Source: a virus. From it: 64,000 bases of DNA. The position numbers and the translations under genes were made by a program. The notes under the pieces were generated by a model, which did no database searches, was not told where the DNA came from, and saw only the letters and a list, made by a program, of their open reading frames with translations. Where the stretch lies: the IMG/VR virus record IMGVR_UViG_3300029922_000038, positions 25,353 through 89,352 of that record; one strand, written 5' to 3'. Below, piece by piece: positions 54,477-63,523 of the stretch; within the stretch, counting starts at the first letter, position 1, and the number at the start of each line of letters is the position of its first letter.

Positions 54477-56786
54477 TTATTTGGAAGCAGATTTATAAGC
54501 ACCTGCTTTAATTTTCATTTGTTCTATATTTTCATTTGAAGCTAACTTCTCTCTTTCTATACTTGCCTCTTCATCATTCTTAATTTGTTGCTGACTAAGT
54601 TCTTTCTCTTTTTGATCTAATTTCTTATCTTCAAGGGCAAGCTTAGCTTCAGCCATAGCATCTTGTGGGTCTTGACTTCTACCAAGAGCAGTAATTTCAG
54701 CAACCCTAATATCCTTAACCCTATCTTGTTCTTTATTATAGTCAGTCCTATTAAGACCTTCTTCAATCATATCAATCTTAGATTTCTCAATAGCTGCTTC
54801 TTGTTGTTGCTCTTGTTGAGTTTCCTGTTGTTTTTGCTTAGCTTGTAAATCTTCTGCATTCTTAATGAGTTCTTTAATCTTACTCATATTTTCAGAATCT
54901 ATCATTTCAATGATAGCTGAAGCAGGAACACCTTGCTGTAACATTCTTTCACCAAGAGATTGTATGTATTTAAACTTAGCTTCATCTTTAGAGCTATTAG
55001 ATACAAATATGCCATAATTAGTTTCTGAATGCTGAATACCATCTACATCTAAAAATTGTTGCCCATATTCAGGAAGATAGAACCATGCTTTCTTCCCCTC
55101 TATCCAAGTAACCTTAGAAGTATCAAGTAGTCCATTATATTCCCTTTCTTCAAAATCTTCATATAGATTATTATATATTTCAGTACTAAGAGCAGACTGA
55201 TTAATAGCTTTTTCAGTAGAACCAAATGTTTCAGAAGCCATTGTCTGACCTTTTCTCTGTTTAGTTATACCTGCTAATTCATCCCACTCTTCTTTAACAG
55301 ACCTTAATAGTTCCCCAATTACAGATAGTGATTGCGAGAATTCTAAGTCTAATACCCCCTGTTGCCCAGATACATTGCCCATATCTGTTTCTTCAACCAT
55401 AAAGCCTAACTCTTGAGCATAGAACAGCCATTCTTCAAAAGACCAGTCTTTAGGTTTAGCATTTAAGTTAAGTTTAACTATCTTGCCTTTATTCTTTTTA
55501 ACTAAGTCTTCTTGCCTACTCTTATATATATTATATATAATCTGAAAAGGGATACCAAAAGAACCAAGGGATAACTGTCTTGCATTTCTTGCATAATAAT
55601 TTCTACCATTAATAGGTAGTTTACATTTAGAAGGATTATCAAGTGATGTTCTTTGTACATCAAATGGTTTAATTCTTTTATATATCTTACCTGCTATACG
55701 AGTACCTTCCCATACTTCATTTACCCATGTCCATTCTACACTTTCAACAGGTAAACCATCTTCCCCTATTGTTTTATCTATTTTATAAGATTCATCTACT
55801 TCTTTAGTTTGTTTTTTCCCAAACTCATCTATATAAGTAACAAATCCTAATTTCTTCATTGATTTCCAGAATACCCTTACTACTTCTACTTCATTAGGAT
55901 TTAGTAGATACCTATCCTTATCTGTAAAAGATGTAAAAGCACTATCTGCATAAGACATAGTAGTATTCTTAAACAGATTGTTTATCTCATCTGCATCTTC
56001 CATATCTTTATAGAATACATCTATAATTTGAGATACAGTAGATCTATATCTTACTAAAGCCCATCCACCATCTTCTATAAAATCATTATAAGCATTCTTA
56101 TCATAATCTACATCTCTTGGGTCAAGAGTCATATAATCTAACTCATTTCCATTAGCTTCTTTAAGTGTGGATACTACACCAGCTATAAGAAAATCCAAGA
56201 ATCCTTTCTTAAACTTCCTATGTACTTCATTACTCTTTAATATATAATTAAGTGCACTCTGACCAGTATTAGCTCTTTTATCTTTCCAATTAGTTCTTGA
56301 GAAAGAATCAGTTATTTGTTGAAGTGTTTGAGTTTGTATAGAAGGTTTACCTGTATCTATCCCCCTACTGTTAAGATCATTAATAGCCATTTGTTGAGTA
56401 GCAGAAGTAAGAGCATCATTCATTTCTGATAATCTCATAGTTTCAACATCTGCATCTATAGCAAGTACAGTAGCATTTTTAGGTTTTAATACATAAGTAT
56501 CATATATTAAATCTATAGTAGGTTTAATAATAGGAAAATTCCTTACTTTTAATTCTGGCCCTATATTCTTAGGAGTATTTATTCCAAGTGGTTCAAGTAT
56601 ATCTCTATACTCTTCCATATTAAGATCTCCATCATATGCTTCATAAGCTTTCTGCATTTCAAGTTTATTATTATAAACCTGATTTGTAGTACCAAATATA
56701 GACATCCCTATAAAGTAATCTATATTTTTAATTGCCCAATCTAAATCTTTTTTGGCAAAGGGTATTGCCTGTGGTTGCATTTCCAT
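54477..56786 (-). CDS. Portal protein
   Basis: About 770 aa directly after TerL; NFPIIKPTID, WVNEVWEGTRI, LAGITKQRKGQ, coiled-coil C-terminus. Confidence 0.9.
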   Translation of the reverse strand: MEMQPQAIPFAKKDLDWAIKNIDYFIGMSIFGTTNQVYNNKLEMQKAYEAYDGDLNMEEYRDILEPLGINTPKNIGPELKVRNFPIIKPTIDLIYDTYVLKPKNATVLAIDADVETMRLSEMNDALTSATQQMAINDLNSRGIDTGKPSIQTQTLQQITDSFSRTNWKDKRANTGQSALNYILKSNEVHRKFKKGFLDFLIAGVVSTLKEANGNELDYMTLDPRDVDYDKNAYNDFIEDGGWALVRYRSTVSQIIDVFYKDMEDADEINNLFKNTTMSYADSAFTSFTDKDRYLLNPNEVEVVRVFWKSMKKLGFVTYIDEFGKKQTKEVDESYKIDKTIGEDGLPVESVEWTWVNEVWEGTRIAGKIYKRIKPFDVQRTSLDNPSKCKLPINGRNYYARNARQLSLGSFGIPFQIIYNIYKSRQEDLVKKNKGKIVKLNLNAKPKDWSFEEWLFYAQELGFMVEETDMGNVSGQQGVLDLEFSQSLSVIGELLRSVKEEWDELAGITKQRKGQTMASETFGSTEKAINQSALSTEIYNNLYEDFEEREYNGLLDTSKVTWIEGKKAWFYLPEYGQQFLDVDGIQHSETNYGIFVSNSSKDEAKFKYIQSLGERMLQQGVPASAIIEMIDSENMSKIKELIKNAEDLQAKQKQQETQQEQQQEAAIEKSKIDMIEEGLNRTDYNKEQDRVKDIRVAEITALGRSQDPQDAMAEAKLALEDKKLDQKEKELSQQQIKNDEEASIEREKLASNENIEQMKIKAGAYKSASK

Positions 56787-56801
56787 ACAGTACAAGTATA
56801 A

Positions 56802-58823
56802 TTATTTTCTTTGAAACATTTCTCTAAACTTCATAGAATTTGATTTTGTATCTTTATTAATCATTACATTTATATTTTCTCTTCTTACATATTGCCCTAT
56901 TAGAGCACAAGAAACAGCATCATAGTTTCCTTGCATATCAAACTTTAAAAGTTGCTTTAATAAATAAAGGTTATAAATAGTATGCAAAGTTAAAATCTGA
57001 TTTCCTTGTTCATCTTTACTTCTTTTTCTAAAAAGCCAGTCCTTATAATAGATAACTCCTTGTAATTTTGTATCTGCATCACTCATTGAAACACCATATC
57101 CTCTACCAAGTACATTTCTAATAGTACCTTTATTACTAAGTATAGGAAATTCATGTTGTAATTGTTGAAGAAGTTTATGATGCCTCGCATAATCTACTAT
57201 ATTCCCCCTATCATTTTCAGGTGTAAGTTTAGCATTATAGTATTCACATAAAGAAAAAGTCTGCTCATTCCAGTAATCCTGGTCATTTGGTCTACCTACA
57301 TATATGGCTACAAGTGTATCCGCTGGGTGTTTAGTAAAGTTATTTTCATTAACATATATTTCAGTTACTCCTAAAGACTTGCCACCAGTAGTAGTAAGAC
57401 CATAGGGATCTGAACACGCATAATACAGATTATCAGGTACTTGCCCTTTAGCATCTCTATGTGGAGACCAATAAGTAGTTATACAACCAGTTAAATCTTG
57501 TCCTTTTTTAAGTGGAAAGTTATCTATAGGTTGTAAATCTTCATCCATTTCAAATTTTAAACCTTCATTAGTTCTAACCATTACCCCATTAATACCTACT
57601 TGGCTAAGTTTATCACTTGATTCTATCTGTCTAATCCATTGTTTAATAGCAGTAGATGGAAAGAAGTTACCTGCAACTTTTTGCATGGCTTCTTGTGGAG
57701 TCTTAGGTTTTTCAGCTATAATCCTTGAAAGAGCATCTGGGTCATTAGTCTTCTTTAATATCTTTTCTCTATCTGCATCAATAGATGCAATTGCAGCTTC
57801 TATATCAGAATTACCATCTGCATCTGCAAACCCCTTCATATTCATATATTGGGGTACAAAGAATCCACTTAATTTATCTTCACTATTCTCATCCCATATA
57901 TTAGGAACACCATGAACATTATATCCTTCTGGATTATAATATAATTCCTCAAGTCCTGCATAATCAGATTCTTCTGACCCTCCAGTACCGTAGGAAATCA
58001 TAAGCCCGTAAACAAATCCCTCTTGTTCTACTGAAGATCTTGCTATATCCCAAAGAGTAGATAAATCAGGAAACATACCTGATTCCTCCCATAGAATAAG
58101 TTTACCACGTTTACCTCTAATCTTATCAGGATCATCTTTAACAGCTATTCCAATGATTTCAGATTTATATCCCTGTTCATTAGGAGTACCATTAATATAC
58201 TTCATATAAGAAGCCTTCTTGTGCATAATAGAAGTAGTATAATCCCTCTTCTTAGTCCAGGCAGTATTATTATCTACAAAATCCATTACTTCCCAAGCCT
58301 TATTTAAAAGACCATCTTTAATAAGATATTCCTTATTATAAGCAATAGCGTAACTTAAAGATTTAGGGATAAGAAAGTAGTTCCTGCATAACATAGAACC
58401 ACCTTTATAAGAATAACCCCTGCCTCTGGCTTTCAAGACTACAGCGTGTTCTCCTTCATTTTCAGCTTCTTCTATATAGTGAAAGTAATCATAATCACTA
58501 TCCCAAAATTCAGGGAAGTCTGTTTTCCTTTCAGATTTAATCTTACCAGACTTTGATTTCTCTGCTCCTTCTACTGGTATAACTATTTGTATCTGACAAT
58601 AGTTTAAATAGAAATAATGATAACCAGTTATCCAATCATCATCAACAACATACCCTTTTAAACATCTTCTTTTCTCTTCTTTCCAGAACTCTTTCCAAGC
58701 ACTTGATTTTGGGTATAAATGAGTATATACACCATATTTCTTAAAATATAATGCAGAAGGTCTCCATTTATCAGTATTAAAATGTTTTTTGGTTTCTATC
58801 ATATTGTTAATCAGGATCTTCAA
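56802..58823 (-). CDS. terL: Terminase large subunit
   Basis: Walker A LKARGRGYSYK, Walker B LILWEESG, YGTGG; nuclease motifs CSDPY, ENDRG, NYDAVS. Confidence 0.95.
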   Translation of the reverse strand: MKILINNMIETKKHFNTDKWRPSALYFKKYGVYTHLYPKSSAWKEFWKEEKRRCLKGYVVDDDWITGYHYFYLNYCQIQIVIPVEGAEKSKSGKIKSERKTDFPEFWDSDYDYFHYIEEAENEGEHAVVLKARGRGYSYKGGSMLCRNYFLIPKSLSYAIAYNKEYLIKDGLLNKAWEVMDFVDNNTAWTKKRDYTTSIMHKKASYMKYINGTPNEQGYKSEIIGIAVKDDPDKIRGKRGKLILWEESGMFPDLSTLWDIARSSVEQEGFVYGLMISYGTGGSEESDYAGLEELYYNPEGYNVHGVPNIWDENSEDKLSGFFVPQYMNMKGFADADGNSDIEAAIASIDADREKILKKTNDPDALSRIIAEKPKTPQEAMQKVAGNFFPSTAIKQWIRQIESSDKLSQVGINGVMVRTNEGLKFEMDEDLQPIDNFPLKKGQDLTGCITTYWSPHRDAKGQVPDNLYYACSDPYGLTTTGGKSLGVTEIYVNENNFTKHPADTLVAIYVGRPNDQDYWNEQTFSLCEYYNAKLTPENDRGNIVDYARHHKLLQQLQHEFPILSNKGTIRNVLGRGYGVSMSDADTKLQGVIYYKDWLFRKRSKDEQGNQILTLHTIYNLYLLKQLLKFDMQGNYDAVSCALIGQYVRRENINVMINKDTKSNSMKFREMFQRK

Positions 58824-59361
58824 ATGATCCTATTGCCTGGCCCCCTCTAACTTTGGCAGTTGATAATGCTTGTTTTTTAACTTTCTCTTCTAATTCAGAT
58901 ATAGAAGTAATAAGTTCACTTGCCTTACCTATATTCATTACCAAGTCTTTAGCTGAATATACAGGTTTACCATTACCATCAAGTTCTGATAAATCTATCT
59001 CTTCTATATACTTTCTTATCTTCTCTAAACCTGTATAACAAGATTTAAGAAACTTAATAAAGGGTTTATTAGACTCTGTCTGTTTAACATATTCCACTAT
59101 TGCGTCTTCGATATACTTATCTATTACCCAATTATCAGGTAGTTTAAGTTCTTGTTTACATACATCTAATCTCTCTGCATCTGGCAAACCAGTAAAATCA
59201 GAATTATAATTACAATATAAGAACAAAAAAGCAAGTTCTTTCTTAGCCAATTCTTTAAATCTATCCTTATCTCTTGTAACTATCTTCTTAAAAGCAGGTA
59301 TTAACAGTGCTTGTGGAGTAACTACAGGCAACATATTTTCATCAAGTTCAAATAACTCCAT
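58807..59361 (-). CDS. Conserved protein upstream of TerL (terminase small subunit candidate)
   Basis: 184 aa, helical, GKPVY and KVRGG motifs; overlaps the TerL start. Confidence 0.55.
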   Translation of the reverse strand: MELFELDENMLPVVTPQALLIPAFKKIVTRDKDRFKELAKKELAFLFLYCNYNSDFTGLPDAERLDVCKQELKLPDNWVIDKYIEDAIVEYVKQTESNKPFIKFLKSCYTGLEKIRKYIEEIDLSELDGNGKPVYSAKDLVMNIGKASELITSISELEEKVKKQALSTAKVRGGQAIGSFEDPD

Positions 59362-59699
59362 TATTCTTTTCCATTAATATCACCTATTTTAATATATTTT
59401 TCAAATAATCTATCTTTTAAAACACTTAATTTATTTGTAATATCCTCAATTGGATTGATTAAAGGATTTAAATAATCAGTTGTTTTACCACATTGAACAC
59501 ATACCTCCTTAAGTTTTCTATCCCCATATTGATTTAAATAAGAAACTATTTCACTATTAGTATGTTTACAATCTATAGGAATTATTTTAATTAGCTTATT
59601 AGTTCTAATTTCATATTGTTTTTTATCTCTATTATAATAGAGAGTGTCTTCATAATACTCATTATTTTTTGAATACATATATTTATTATCTATATACAA
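59361..59699 (-). CDS. Hypothetical protein with possible Zn finger
   Basis: CKH...CVQC. Confidence 0.5.
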   Translation of the reverse strand: MYIDNKYMYSKNNEYYEDTLYYNRDKKQYEIRTNKLIKIIPIDCKHTNSEIVSYLNQYGDRKLKEVCVQCGKTTDYLNPLINPIEDITNKLSVLKDRLFEKYIKIGDINGKE

Positions 59700-60051
59700 T
59701 TACACATTTAACATCTTCATCTTCAGAAGTATAAAATACTGCACTCTCTCTATGTGCTCCATCTGCAATTATAAGTTTGAGATCAACTACTAATAACATT
59801 GGACTCATTAATATACCTCTTTTAATCTTCTTTATATTCTCTTTAACATGTTTATTATCTTCAGGAAATAATTCTAATCCAGATGCCCTCCTTATATCTT
59901 TTGACTTCCTTATAGTTATTTTAGTATTTTTTAACTTTTCTATAAGTATTTCTGCATCTTCTGGATTATATATTAAAGTAAGATAATCTAAAGCTGCATC
60001 ATAATCATGTTTATCAACTGATTTCTTCCAAATTGATTTTTTCTTTGTCAT
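59686..60051 (-). CDS. ParB/Srx-like domain protein
   Basis: SPMLLV..LIIADGAHR motif. Confidence 0.6.
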   Translation of the reverse strand: MTKKKSIWKKSVDKHDYDAALDYLTLIYNPEDAEILIEKLKNTKITIRKSKDIRRASGLELFPEDNKHVKENIKKIKRGILMSPMLLVVDLKLIIADGAHRESAVFYTSEDEDVKCVIVYR

Positions 60052-60053
60052 AC

Positions 60054-60251
60054 TTATCTACTATTAATACAAGTTACTACATATGGGTTTATTTGCCTAT
60101 GGTAAGGATCTATCCATTGCCCTTGTGGGTAATAAGGGATATATACTTTCTTTTCTACTTGTTCTACTTCTTTAAGTAATAAAAGAGCTTCTTCGATATT
60201 AATCTTATCTTCTTTAATAAGTTTTTGTACAAGTATTTGTTTATCTGTCAT
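60054..60251 (-). CDS. Hypothetical protein
   Basis: 65 aa; KINIEEALLLL followed by a P/Y-rich tail. Confidence 0.55.
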   Translation of the reverse strand: MTDKQILVQKLIKEDKINIEEALLLLKEVEQVEKKVYIPYYPQGQWIDPYHRQINPYVVTCINSR

Positions 60252-60480
60252 TTTCTTCTTGTTTTAATTTCCATTCTAAATAATTCTTCTTTTTAACTGG
60301 GTTAACTGAAAAATGTATAAAACCATTAATCATTACCTTATTAGCATTACCTTCTTGCATTATCTCTTTAACAAACCTATAAGGGGAATAAGCTATCTTC
60401 CTCATAGTAGCAAAAGGTATATTGTTCTTTAATGCTAACTCTTTTATAATCTCTATCTGATAATCAGGTTCATTAGTCAT
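60241..60480 (-). CDS. HU/IHF-like DNA-binding protein
   Basis: IIKELA..helix..KVMINGFIHFSV resembles the HU V.I.GFG.F motif. Confidence 0.6.
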   Translation of the reverse strand: MTNEPDYQIEIIKELALKNNIPFATMRKIAYSPYRFVKEIMQEGNANKVMINGFIHFSVNPVKKKNYLEWKLKQEENDR

Positions 60481-60682
60481 TCTTTCTTTCTTTTAATATA
60501 TATACCACTAAGTTGAACAACTTATCTGGTTTATTACTGATTTCAACATTATATTCACATTGAAGCCCATGTTTAGCAAGTTCTTCAACTGTTTTATTCA
60601 AATGAAATTTAACTACTTCAAAACTCTCAAATGGGAATTCCATTTTACTTGAGTATAAACTTGATTCCAAATGTAGTGTCAT
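60473..60682 (-). CDS. Hypothetical protein
   Basis: 69-aa ORF. Confidence 0.45.
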   Translation of the reverse strand: MTLHLESSLYSSKMEFPFESFEVVKFHLNKTVEELAKHGLQCEYNVEISNKPDKLFNLVVYILKERKND

Positions 60683-60980
60683 CTTGTGGTATTAGTATTC
60701 TTGATATTTCTGATACTCCTTCTATATCCTTAATTACATTCTTCTTTCTTAACCCTGTTACAACCTTATACATATTAGTCTTCTTAGTTAAACCTGATTC
60801 TTCATATACCCTATTATAAGAAGTAGCATTGAAAACATATTCCCAATCCTGTACTTCTAAGTATATCCTAACCAAAGAAGATACTACCTTTAATTCAAGT
60901 TTAGTAAGAGTTCCCATAGAAGCTACCTGTACATAGTCAGAAACAAAGGTTTCCTGTGTAGAAGGATAATTATATATCAT
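60645..60980 (-). CDS. Winged-helix (RepL-like) DNA-binding protein
   Basis: LTKLELKV...ESGLTKKTNMYKVVTGLRKKNVI; first gene of the late block. Confidence 0.5.
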   Translation of the reverse strand: MIYNYPSTQETFVSDYVQVASMGTLTKLELKVVSSLVRIYLEVQDWEYVFNATSYNRVYEESGLTKKTNMYKVVTGLRKKNVIKDIEGVSEISRILIPQDDTTFGIKFILK

Positions 60981-60995
60981 ATCTTAAAAATATTG

Positions 60996-61035
60996 TACAA
61001 ATATATATAATTTTAAGATATAAAATGTATCTTTG
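60996..61035. promoter_or_regulatory. Divergent promoter pair
   Basis: TATATTTGTA on - (60996-61005) and TATCTTTG on + (61028-61035), between divergent genes. Confidence 0.55.
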
Positions 61036-61052
61036 TGATATATTTTTATAGA

Positions 61053-61436
61053 ATGAAAGAATTTAAGATCTCTGGGATGCCTTACACCCCCACCATATTA
61101 TTCTTTATGGGGGAAAATGAAGAAACAAGGGCTTATATAAAGAAAAAGTATAAATATACAATCTTTGATGGAGATCCAGACTTTAAATATATAGAAGGCG
61201 GGTGTATCCAATTTCTAAGACAGAATAAATATTATACGCCTTGTATATGGATAAGTTCATATAGCTCTCCTATAATAGCTCATGAAACACTTCATTTAAC
61301 TTTTAAAATTCTAAATAGAGCAGGTATATATCATACTCCTAATTCTGAAGAAGCATTTACTTACTATCAACAATATCTCTTTGACCAGATAATAGATAGG
61401 TATAATAAACTATTCCCAGAAGATTGGATTGAATAA
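61053..61436 (+). CDS. Small zincin-like (HExxH) protein
   Basis: IIAHETLH...SEEAFTY. Confidence 0.65.
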   Translation: MKEFKISGMPYTPTILFFMGENEETRAYIKKKYKYTIFDGDPDFKYIEGGCIQFLRQNKYYTPCIWISSYSSPIIAHETLHLTFKILNRAGIYHTPNSEEAFTYYQQYLFDQIIDRYNKLFPEDWIE

Positions 61437-61441
61437 TAAAT

Positions 61442-61514
61442 GGATTCTAAGCTAATCTGGTGAAAACGTTAGTTTGAAGAACTAAAGAGCTTGGATCAAA
61501 ACCAAGAGAATCCA
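61442..61514 (+). tRNA. tRNA-Phe(GAA), atypical or degenerate
   Basis: Acceptor GGATTCT/AGAATCC; anticodon stem TTAGT/ACTAA with loop TTGAAGA; T stem CTTGG/CCAAG with non-canonical loop ATCAAAA; weak D stem; no encoded CCA. Confidence 0.7.
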
Positions 61515-61536
61515 CTAACTAATAAATAAATATAAA

Positions 61537-61821
61537 ATGGAAAAAGTAAGATGTAAATTTAAAATTGAGAGTATTACAAAACACTCTTCAAGTAAAAGTG
61601 AAAAACAAGAAGATGGTAATTATAAAAGCTATCCAGTATTAAGATACTCACTTGATGCTAATCCCGTATATGCAAATGGAGACCCTAATCATGAAAATAG
61701 TAAATTCTGGGAAGCAAGCCCTGGGGGTAAGTTTAGTCTATCATGGATTAATCCAGAAATAGCTACTTTATTTGAACCAGGAGATGAAATATATATTGAT
61801 ATAATTAAAGCAAATAAATAA
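61537..61821 (+). CDS. Conserved phage hypothetical protein
   Basis: VRCKF...ENSKFWEASPGG.......NPE....FEPGDEIYID. Confidence 0.7.
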   Translation: MEKVRCKFKIESITKHSSSKSEKQEDGNYKSYPVLRYSLDANPVYANGDPNHENSKFWEASPGGKFSLSWINPEIATLFEPGDEIYIDIIKANK

Positions 61822-61822
61822 T

Positions 61823-62290
61823 ATGAAACAGTACATTGGAACAAAACTAATTAAAGCTCATCCGCAAACACTTGGAGAGTATAATTTATCTAAAGGTTGG
61901 ACTATTCCAGCTAATGAAGACCCTAATACAAAAGGATACAGAGTAGAGTATTCTGATAGTTATATCAGTTGGTCTCCTAAAGATGCTTTTGAAGAAGCAT
62001 ATAGAGTATATCATAATATGACCTTTGGATTAGCTATTGAAGCATTAAAGAAAGGTTTAAAAGTTGCAAGAACTGGCTGGAATGGTAAAAATATGTATCT
62101 TTGGCTTCTACCGGAAGCAGAAGTAAAGAAAGAATGGGTTAAAGATCCAATGTTATTGGAAGTATTTGGTGATAAAGACACTTTATTTTGTTTAGGTAGT
62201 ATTAGAATGAAAACTGCTGATGGATCTATACTTACAGGCTGGTTAGCTTCTCAATCAGATATTTTGGCGGAAGACTGGACTATAATTTAA
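61823..62290 (+). CDS. DUF2829 / Tad2-like nucleotide-sponge domain fused to an N-terminal domain
   Basis: C-terminal half MTFGLAIEALKKG.KVAR.GWNGKNMYL...GWLASQSDILAEDW; N-terminal half YIGTK...GY.V.Y...YISWSPK..FE.AY. Confidence 0.8.
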   Translation: MKQYIGTKLIKAHPQTLGEYNLSKGWTIPANEDPNTKGYRVEYSDSYISWSPKDAFEEAYRVYHNMTFGLAIEALKKGLKVARTGWNGKNMYLWLLPEAEVKKEWVKDPMLLEVFGDKDTLFCLGSIRMKTADGSILTGWLASQSDILAEDWTII

Positions 62291-62297
62291 TAATAAT

Positions 62298-62432
62298 ATG
62301 AATATTGAAACTATCATACTTGCTATAGACAGGTTAACTAATCTATATAAAGCTTATATGGAGTATAACGCTTTTGATGAAGCTAAAGCTATTAGAGAGA
62401 AGATAAATGAACTTGTATATCTAATTAAGTAA
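62298..62432 (+). CDS. Small hypothetical protein (44 aa)
   Basis: MNIETIILAIDRLTNLYKAY...LVYLIK, read from the sequence. Confidence 0.5.
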   Translation: MNIETIILAIDRLTNLYKAYMEYNAFDEAKAIREKINELVYLIK

Positions 62433-62509
62433 CCTTTTCAAACTCCAGATAAAAATAATTAAGAATTTATTTGGAGTTTATAATACTTCATACTATATTT
62501 GTACAATAT

Positions 62510-62790
62510 TTCTTTAAAGGTTATAGCTGAAACCTTCCCCAAATAGGCAAAACTTCTATCTCGGTGTCAATAGTAGAGTGGTTGGATAGGATAAAGCTAC
62601 ATGTTTGGTGGTAATGATCTATACTACTTTGTACCTGCATAGTTCAAACAAGGTTTAATAGTAAACAATCTAAACTATATTGACCACCCAACTCTACAGC
62701 CTTTGGGCCTAAGCTGTATATCCTTACAAGGGTTAAATGAGTTGTTTCCTTAGGCCCATTCCTTTAACACCATGAATAGATAATTACTTC
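62510..62790 (+). ncRNA. Candidate structured non-coding RNA
   Basis: ORF-free region after promoter motif TATATTTGTA (62494-62503), with nested complementary segments including TGGGCCTAAG/CTTAGGCCCA. Confidence 0.45.
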
Positions 62791-62925
62791 TATTACAATA
62801 ATTTAAACTAAAATACATATAGAATATTATATAATATAATATTTCTGATATACATATAACATAGTAGTGAAAAGAGGGGAGAACCATTTAAGCACACTAT
62901 GCTTAAAATTTAAAATAACAGAAAT

Positions 62926-63222
62926 ATGACTATTAAAACAAGAAAGAAGAAAGTAATATTTAACAAGTTTGATGCAGATATTCAATTCTTAAACCCTAAT
63001 AGGCCTTTACCAAGATATATCTTATCCTATGATGATAAACAATTATTAAAAGACTCTCTATATCTATTCTATAAAGCATTTAGTAGTAAAACTGAAAAAT
63101 GCTTCGTTAAACAAGAAGATAGAACCTACAGATTTCATGATGATGAGTTTTTTAGATTATGTGGAGAAGAATACTATAATAATGTAGGTATATCACCTAA
63201 ACATAGAAAATTTATTAGATAA
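62926..63222 (+). CDS. Hypothetical protein
   Basis: 98-aa basic ORF. Confidence 0.5.
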   Translation: MTIKTRKKKVIFNKFDADIQFLNPNRPLPRYILSYDDKQLLKDSLYLFYKAFSSKTEKCFVKQEDRTYRFHDDEFFRLCGEEYYNNVGISPKHRKFIR

Positions 63223-63381
63223 AAATTTTTATAGTAAAAATATTTTTTACCCAAAATTATATACACAAGATTCTATTAAGCAGAATGCACGTCCTTATTT
63301 AATCCCCCACTTAATTTTGAGGTTGTGCATAGGGGTATCCCTATTTCATTGGTGTTTTTCACCAGTGTAAGCATTCCTTTA

Positions 63382-63523
63382 GCCTTTAGATGATAGATAA
63401 ACAGTAGGTTTCCAATGGTAGAATTGGGTAATCACAAAGCTCCTACTGGTTTATTAATAGGTATCTCAAGTGAAGCTTGAAATTAAAGCTGCACCTATTA
63501 TGAACTATCTATCATCTATTGGC
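63382..63523. repeat. Inverted-repeat-bounded multibranch structure
   Basis: 13-bp perfect inverted repeat TAGATGATAGATA (63387-63399) / TATCTATCATCTA (63506-63518) enclosing further stems. Confidence 0.6.

Noticed and set aside
22487-59986. Many short + strand ORFs antisense to structural genes (e.g. 22487, 25523, 31769, 42076, 48451, 51838, 57685)
   Set aside because: Shadow ORFs of long - strand genes with F/I/S-biased, non-protein-like composition.
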